Shown: one piece after another, positions 53,701-62,700 of the stretch
How positions within the stretch are numbered: the stretch's first letter is position 1
Layout of the letters: the number at the start of each line of letters is the position of its first letter
NCBI GenBank assembly: GCA_963924565.1
Contig: OZ004611.1
Coordinates: forward strand, 30,814,001-30,878,000
DNA: 64,000 nt
DNA from: Ascidiella aspersa
Taxonomy: Eukaryota
Reading direction: 5' to 3'
The notes under the pieces: model-generated
What the model was told of the DNA's origin: nothing
Seen by the model: only the letters and a program-made list of their open reading frames with translations
Database searches by the model: none
Made by a program: the position numbers and the translations under genes

Positions 53701-56700
53701 AGTCAATAAATAAAAAATATGGAGTAAATGGTCAATAAATTTAAAATTCCAGAATGCCAGAGTTGGAGCAGCACATGAAAGTTCACGTCTTGCAGAAAGC
53801 AAACGACGTTATTTTGCGCATCATCAGCAACAACCAAATGATGAAAATTACCGCCAACTGGAACATTAGGCAAGAAAGTTTGTAAAATTCTAAACTAGTG
53901 GTGCCAAACTTTTAGTAAACTTATTATAGTATTTTTACTAAAGTGGTCCTGAACCTTCCACGAGTCTTGTCCCTTTCAATGAACTTCAACAACTTGCTCC
54001 CCCTAACATTATACAGAACGACACAAAGGCGGTCTATGACGTCATAGTGAAAATCACGAATTTCAGTGAAAAATACAAATATTTTAAATTTAATCATATT
54101 ACTCATAGCAAATGAATGATGCAGACAGATATGCGGGTTAAAAGCGGTGGTCTAGCCCGTCTGAAGCTGCTTTATGACCAACGATTACGGCTTACGTATC
54201 TAGGTGTACTCATAGCAAATTAATAAATAATTATGATTTGATGCACCTTTTAACTGTTGTTATTTTCTTTTCAGGACGATGCGATTCGTTAGCGCCACCA
54301 TATTGATGCCGATGTCGTCGGAATGCATCAACGTCACCACTTCGACAAACGGAAATGACATCATCTTCAACTTTAATGACGTTAATGGATCCCCGTACAC
54401 TTGCGTGCTCACCACAACCGGCGCCATGACCTTCACGTGCCACGTGACCGTAAGATAATAACTTCACATTTGGCCGCCATATTTTGTCAAACGTTGAATT
54501 AAGACATTAAGGTTTAAAATCTGCAATCGAAATTAAACATTAAACCATCAATGTAACATACACATTACCTGTTTCTGTTCTTTTGTTAAATTATAGAAGT
54601 TTGTCACAGCGAAAGTTGTACAGCCTTGCCTTAGGTATAAAACATGACTCAACTTTTGTTGTTATCGGCTATAGATTTGTTAGAATGGAAAACATGCAAC
54701 CGGTTTTGAATTAATGATTTTTGGCTACAATCATGATTACAACATTATTGAGTTTTACTCAAATAAAATTTAAAGGTTTTTAAAATCAAAATAGGCCAGA
54801 TAGTATGTCACCAAAATTATCCAGTTTATATAGCTTTTTTTATTTTCGCTCTTAAAACTTAATTTACCAGATTAAACATTGCAAAGGCATATACTTACTA
54901 TTACCTGTACATCTCAAATAAAATTTAGAAAAGATTAACTAAAACAAAGTAGATAAAACAAGGTTCCATCTTACTCCAGTCTCCTGCCCTACGCTTTTCC
55001 AATGTTCTATGGTTTCCTTTCAGAAAAACGGCAACAGGGTGCGAGTGTGCACTGCTCAGCTGCCCCAAGAGAAGCGTACCTGGGCCAACTTGGTCAGGGC
55101 GGGAATATTAGTTACCCCGATGGTATACCGAGCCGCCCTGCGTCCAGAAGAATTCAAGCGTGACCTAACGCGGGTGAGTGCTCCTCTAGTGGTGAATGTA
55201 AGCTATTTTTTACAAATTTTTGACTAGGAGGGAAGTACTAATCTCATGTAACCACTATGCGATTGCTGTAATTGAGAATGGAATAAAGAATATATTGAGA
55301 TTTTTTTTGGATTAATTGAAAATGATAAAAACAAAACTATTTAGTAGAAGTGCACCTCCAGTGAAAATTGCAATTTGCTGTTCTGACAACTAGTCGTGTA
55401 ACTGCTCTCCGAGACTGTAAATTAGATTGAAATTAAACTTATAAAATAAGAATTGTTAGTGGCTATATCGAGAAGCATTACAGTTTTAGCCGACTGGTGT
55501 GACTAGTACTAATTGTTAACGTAGATATGTAGATAACATACAGTTAAAATATTGTCGGATCCAATTGTAAACTTCGTTTTATTGGAATTTCACACTAAAC
55601 GACATTTTCACATAACTCAGTATAGTTTTTGTTAAATAAATATTTGTGTATCCTTCATTTAACGTTAGTCATGTTGATAAAATTCAAAGCAAAATTTCAT
55701 ATTCAGCCCGCCATTATGACTACTGAGTCAAGCCCTTTAAAAGAGCACTTTTGTTAGTAGTTAAAAACACCTCTAATACGTGCTGGTACCCTTGTGTTTT
55801 TTGTTTCAAAACAAACCTTAAAATAATTGCTTTTTATAAACAGAGTAAATGCGAGTCCAGAACAATTCAAACGTAACCTCACGCGGGTGAGTGCGCCTCT
55901 AGTGGTAATGATGTGTTCGTTTTTTACGAATATTTGACTGAGTGAAATGTCGTGTAACACTCGCCGATTATGTAATTTAAAATCAAATAGAGGATTTTCA
56001 ATTAATAATGTTACAAATCAAAACGATTTATAGTTGGAATGTATCACGCGGGTGAGCTGATTATAAGGTGTTTTTTCGCGCAACTCTGTTAACGAGATTA
56101 AATAACTCGCCAATCAATCAACGCTCTTGCTAAGCGAACTTTATCGTGTATCGAAGGATTTCTCGCGGCCTATACTCCATTATCAAACAATTCTTTATTT
56201 CTTATATATTTATATATATATGACATATATATTGTGTTTCCATAAAAATGCGTGATTTTAAAATAGGAAAGGGCGTTTATTTCATGTTTCTGATGAGAAA
56301 AATGTTTAAAAGACGAACAATGTTAAAGGTTGGTACTCGGCTATAATTCACCATTCCATAACTATACTTTGGCCGTCAAAATGGTAATAACCAAAGCAAG
56401 TTGTATTTCTTGACTGGGTATTGGTCAGGGGTTCTTCAACTGGGGTCCATGAACCAGTTTTAGGGGGTCCATGAAGGCATACTTGAAATATTGATGTATA
56501 ATTAAGTAGTAATAGACTTATCAAAGAAAACAGTTTAATTAAAAACAAAGCGGTTTTGCACTGAATGCATCAAGACTTCATTTCACTTTTACATGTTTGG
56601 ACCGAAATCAGCAGATTTCTGAATTCTATTTGTATTGTGACGTAAATTTGTGACGTGATTTTTTTGCCTACCGTGGTCCATGCAAGGCCAAAAAAAATTA

Positions 56701-59700
56701 GAGGTCCGCGGCAAAAAATCTAAAATCCTGTGTTAGCCATATGAACAACAATCCACTTTTCGAGATGTCAATTTTGACAAGATTTGGTTTTTGCAACCTA
56801 TTTGCTGGCACTTTTTCCTGAACAATCTTTGTTTTTTCATCCCAGGGATTAAAATTCGTGTTTTACGACAACGAGGCACGTGACGTATTGTGCAATGGCA
56901 TAAGCAACAAGTGCAGGAATTACGTTAACTTCGTGAACCAACGAACTGCCAACTACATTAAGAAGATCAGCGCAGACCCGATGACCGAGTATTACTTCGG
57001 TAAGTTAAGCGACTCGAGGTGAATTAATTAAAATACCTAAATCAAAGTCGACTTGATATTTAACAATTTTAGTTATTTTCTCATTTTTTAAACCAATATA
57101 GTTGAAAATTGGTCTAGTTTGACGTAATGCGTAACTTTTTGAGGTTTATATTTGTATTTCATCTTGTTTGCTAATTCCTAATTCTGCACAAAAGTTAATT
57201 CTTAAAGTAAGAAAGTGGAAACATGATTTAGTTCAAGATCATAACTTAGTGTTGAAACTGGTCAGTTGTTATGTTTACTTTAATTTAATTACGTTTCTTA
57301 CAATCCCCATTTTATTGTTGCCGAAGAGCCAAGTTTTCTGAACTCGTACTCACCGAAGGCAACGAAATACATTAGGCACTACCAGTCTATTATCGCTCAA
57401 TACCACATGTGAAGCAATTTTTACAAAATTTTTTTTACAAAGGCCATGATGTCAGTTTTTAGTTTCTTGCTAACCTTATTGCGTTTCTTACAATCCCCTT
57501 TGCATTGCTGTCGATTTTTTGTAGTTTTTCAACCAATGTCTACATTCCGTGATTCAGCCCTAAGCAAAGGAAGCTGCACGCATCATATAGTACACCGAAC
57601 CGGTGTTCCCTTTTATATCACTCGTTGTCTCTCAATACTGCACGTCAAACAAAAGGGTTAATTTTCCTCAATTTCATTTTGCAGAGGCCATGAGGTCAGT
57701 TTTGGAAAACCTTCTCATTGCCGACACCATACCTTCTTTCGTTACTGAACATCGCTTTACCTACAGCAGCTCACAAGATATCTGGGATTCGATCTTGGAG
57801 GCTTGCTTCGAAAGATTGGCTGATGGCTTCCAACAAATTGGACAATTTTATAACAAGGTTGGACTTATGGCACTGATTGCTATCGCGATGTAAAACTTTG
57901 CCTAGTTCTGAACAAGTCATTGGCTTTAAATAGGCTGTGGATACTGACCGATCCATTGGAATATCTTTGCGTTCAATAGTCGAGTATATATATAACTTTT
58001 AGTAGTTTTATCATAAATTTTTATCGTTTTTCAGATCAATAGTTTAGGAAGTTAGCCAAAAAATTGCTTGGCAACAATTAAAATTTAATGCAAAAATTGT
58101 ATTGAATGTAACTCTTCTCAATATACATGTCCTTTGATAACACTACGAAGGAATTATCGTTAACGAGACGCGATAAAAAATTATAAATCGCTATATCAAT
58201 ATATATTGATGCACTTACTCGCACAACAAGCAAAATAAACTAGAGAAATAGTTTTGCTTTTAATCAGACGAAGAAATCGTTCGTTTAGAAAGATGTTTCC
58301 CGTTTTAAACGGATAATGTTTAAATCTACTTTGTGTCAGATCGGAAAGAACATTTTACTTAAAATAAGAAAGCATTTTAATTTCATAATAGGATTTATTT
58401 ATAAAAGTTCTATTTATAGTAACGCCCTTCGTATGTTACAAGTCTACACAGTAAATTAAATGTAACAAAAATGCTCATGCTACAAATCAAATAAAGGAAA
58501 GTATTTTGGTCTATAAATAATCTTAACAATTATATTATCCCCTTCTTTCCCATTATTTCGGCCCGCAATGGAACAAATATTCCCTTCTTTATTCATAATA
58601 GGAATTATTCATGATACGCTTTATTCATAGTAACACCCTTGTGTTTTACGAGTCTACACAGTCAATAAAAATTAAGAGATTTATGCTACGAATAGATAAA
58701 GGAAAGCATTTCTGCCTAAAAATTCACAAATTTGACCTTCTTCTCATTAAATCAAAAAGACCCTAATTCTCTTAATATATATTTATGTTTTTAAAGCAGT
58801 GTCTTAGCAAATTATCACCTTGGTGATAAACAATGTTTAAAACTACTTTATATCAGATCTGAACAAATGTTTTACTCAAAAGTAAGAAAGCATTTTGATT
58901 TTCAGATCAAGAAGAGTCTGATTCTTCCCGCTCTTCCAAACCTTCGCTTCGATTTTGAAAACTACATCCAGAATGCCAACAACTACGCTGAGGTTTCTAT
59001 ACTGGTTTTACGCAATTCGTGTAAAAACTAAATAGTTTGTTTTAAAACGTAATAAAAATATCAAAACCCATACAGAAGGAGCTATTTAATAATTTTTGTC
59101 TCACTATGTTGAAAATGAACGAAGATTTATTCGAAACGTCCAAAATTCTACTACTTCTGTATGGGCTTTAATAGTCTTACTACGTCTTACTGCAACCTCC
59201 AGCCATTATGCTCCAAAGTTTGTTTTAATACTTGTTTAGATTTGTTCAACCTCTAAACTCTTACATTTGTTCCAACCTATTTAACTATAACAGCGGACCG
59301 GCTGTAACTCTTATATTGTATTGGCTTGTTCTATTCTAAGGTCAGAGATTAGATCATTTTTTGACGAATTAATTACATTTTCGAATCCATAAAGTGCACC
59401 AGCAAGTGTTTTGACAAAGTGCTTCTAACGAAATTCTTTATAAAGTGTCCTTTGAAATTTTTAATTTACAAGAGGGTTATTACACAAGTTTAATTGGTAA
59501 TTCAATCCCAAGGAAATAGGGAACCTTGTTTCAAATTATAACGCATGACCAAAATTAAATAGAAATTTATAAAAATACACATCTTTTTGACAGCGGATTG
59601 AATATAAACCACTATAGTATTGAAACAAAATTTAAAATATGTTAAATAAAATTAAAATAAAAGTAGCCCTACCTTTTAAAATATTGTTAGCTCTAATAAA

Positions 59701-62700
59701 ATACTTAACGAGTGAATGATTTTGCAAAGAGCCGGTAAATAGATGGTATTAATTAGGATTCATTAATAACACTTGCACTACGTTATTTAGAATGTCTACC
59801 TGGTGCACTTCATGTGCAACAAGCTGGCATCCCAACCAAACCAGATCCAGCCTGCCTTTAACTACATCTACCAGCGGATGGACTTCACCAACATGATTTG
59901 GAACCTCTTCGTTGCAATTCAAGGTAAGAAATATGACGCGGAGTTGTACTAAAGTAGAAAAAAAAAGAATTGAAGTATAAAACAAATAGTTAGATCCTTG
60001 TGTTTTAAGAAAGTATTAAACTCGCTTGATATTTAAGTTATTTGTTATATAAATACTTTTTTAGGGAATATATTTCGCTGTTTGGAGTTATATCCATTTG
60101 GATTTAAAGTAGTTTATTTCTTGGTAGCAACAAGTCAAACGTCAATTTAACCAAATTTAAAAAATCTTAAAGTTTGATTCAGCATAAAAATATATAAATT
60201 TATTAATGTTTGCATACCACTCACTTCATGTCATGGCTGTTCGTTTTCTGAACACCGCGTTTTTTTAGACCAGTTTAAGCTTTAAATATAAACGTATTAT
60301 GACATGTCTTATCATATTTCATGTGAGAAACTGGCCACTTGCCAATTTAAGCAAAAACAATTTGTAAATCTCGAACCGCAATCAAAACAATCTAATGTCA
60401 AAGTCATTTTGTTCAGAGGACTTAAGTCAAGCCAAGTCATTTAAAACAGGGGTTCTTAAACTGGGGTTCATGGACCCTTGGGGGTTCGTAAACTATAGTT
60501 TTAGGGGGTCCATGAAGGCCTAATTGAAATATTCGTCTATATTTTAAAAGTTACCAAGAAAACAGTTTAATTAATAATAAAACGGCTTTGCACTGTATGT
60601 ATTTAGACTCCATTTCACTTTCACATTTTTGGACCGAAATCAGCAGACTTTTATTTTCATTATGACGCCAAATTTATGACGTCATTTTTTTTTTTTTGAA
60701 TTTTTTTTCCCTACCGTGGTCCACGGAAGGCCCCCAAAAAATTGTAGGGGTCCGCGGTAAAAGAAGTTTAACAACCACTGATTTAAAAACAACGACTGAA
60801 GTACACTTAAGTCAGGCCATTGACTTAAGTCATTACAACACAACCATCCACCTACTGTAGATGCAATACTGAACCATTACGTTATTTCTCGCACAGGTCA
60901 ACCCGCCTACTACAACTTTTGGACTCCTGAGATCAACCAGGTTGTAGCTTACAACGGAGAATACATACAACTGCCCGTCTTGCCAGCTAACAGCCAATGC
61001 ACGTACATCTACGCAACTGACCCCATCGCTAACCGCTTCAGTATCCTCGCCAGGGGACAGAACATCATACTAGGTAAAAAACACTTGAACAAGCAACGTT
61101 TTTATTTGTATAAAACGTTTTTTTCAGTAAAAATAGCTCGTTACGTTTTTCATCTTATTTTTAGAATATGTTATGAAATAAATGCAACCTCGCTTTTCCC
61201 TCATCGTACCTGAATATCATACTAGGTAAAAAACATTTTTCAGTAAAACTACTTTTAACCTTGATTTTAGATAATGTTATTGGATAAATTCCACGCTTGT
61301 AAAGCAACTTTACTTTCCCTTACTCAATGCTTTTTTTGCTTTTTGACAAAGATGCTTACAGTATGTGCATTCAAATCCCATTTTTAACGCGGCCCTGTAG
61401 GACGTTTTATGTTTCTACTGCGACCCCTGTCTAAAATAATTCTCCACCGCTGGTCTAACAAAATAGGCTTCCTTAGCCTATGAGTAAATGTTTCGAAGGT
61501 TAAATCGTTTACTTTTTAAAAATATACTTTTAGAGAAAAATTATGTTTTTTGCGGTGCGAAAAGTTTTAAACCTACAAGTTTCAGACAGTAAAAATCAAA
61601 TGTTAAGTTTGATGGTTTTCTAAGACTAAAAAATAATATTTTTTCAACCGTATTATCAGATAGGTAGGGATACTTCACGGCCCGATATTACGTCTAGGCT
61701 CCGATCCAATATTATCGCCTACTCACTATTCTCTTCTTAAATTACATTTTAATATCAATAAATCAACAACTTAAACCAACCTTTCTCTTTACAAACGCAG
61801 CCTTGCCTGGAAAACTGGTCGAACCAGTCACCGCTCGTACTGCTTACGTCACCGCTCTGACGTCACCCAACAGCACGCGCACGCTGGTCAACCTTCCCTA
61901 CGTCAGTGATGACGTCATCTGCCTGTACGAGGGCAACACGGCGAGGTGCGACACCCCCAACTTTTCGCTCACCGCTAAGTTCCTGGGCACCAACAAAGTA
62001 GTGCGGATTATCAAGGTTTGTGCTTCTGTTCTACGATGCTTCTATGACGTCACAGCGGTGATTGAAGAGCGCGCGCGCGATAATCGCGAGGAAATTTGTG
62101 TGTGCTAACTTGTGTCTCACCGGGAACCGGCTTTCAGCAAAACAGCTTGATTGCCTTTTTCGCTAACAATGCGCCTCATTTGTGCGTCACAATGGAAGTT
62201 AAGGCTGTGTGATTTGAACTAAAACAAGATTTCGATTAGGCGTGAAAGACTGTGATTTTATTACAGATGATGCCGTAAAAATATGTTTCTTTTGAATATC
62301 TTTGTACATAAAAATATTTTAATTGCTACAAAAACAATCGAAGTGTTACTTTTAAGCCGCAGTTTAATAAAAGGAAATTAAACCCATGGATTAGGCTCTT
62401 CTATTAAAATAGATTACCGCTCTTCTATTTTTAAATAGACAATCTTTTAACATTTTTTTAAACCTAAACCAAACTTGTGTGCAACACAGTTGAAAATAAA
62501 ACAAAATTCGTTTTTTCACAGCTGTTGAACCCAGAGTTGAACTGTGTTGCTGGAGCCATCGGAGCCTACTCGAATGCCAAGATGCCACTTATGCTACTCC
62601 CCAACGGAGACAAGGCGTCCAGCCCGAGTCAGCTACTCGCCGCCTACTCGCTTTCACAAGACGCGAGTTGTAAAAACCTGCCGATGGTAAGAGTAGGCGA

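Noticed and set aside
56291-56325. CTGATGA as another hammerhead
   Set aside because: No stem II or GAAA-N-UH arrangement follows.
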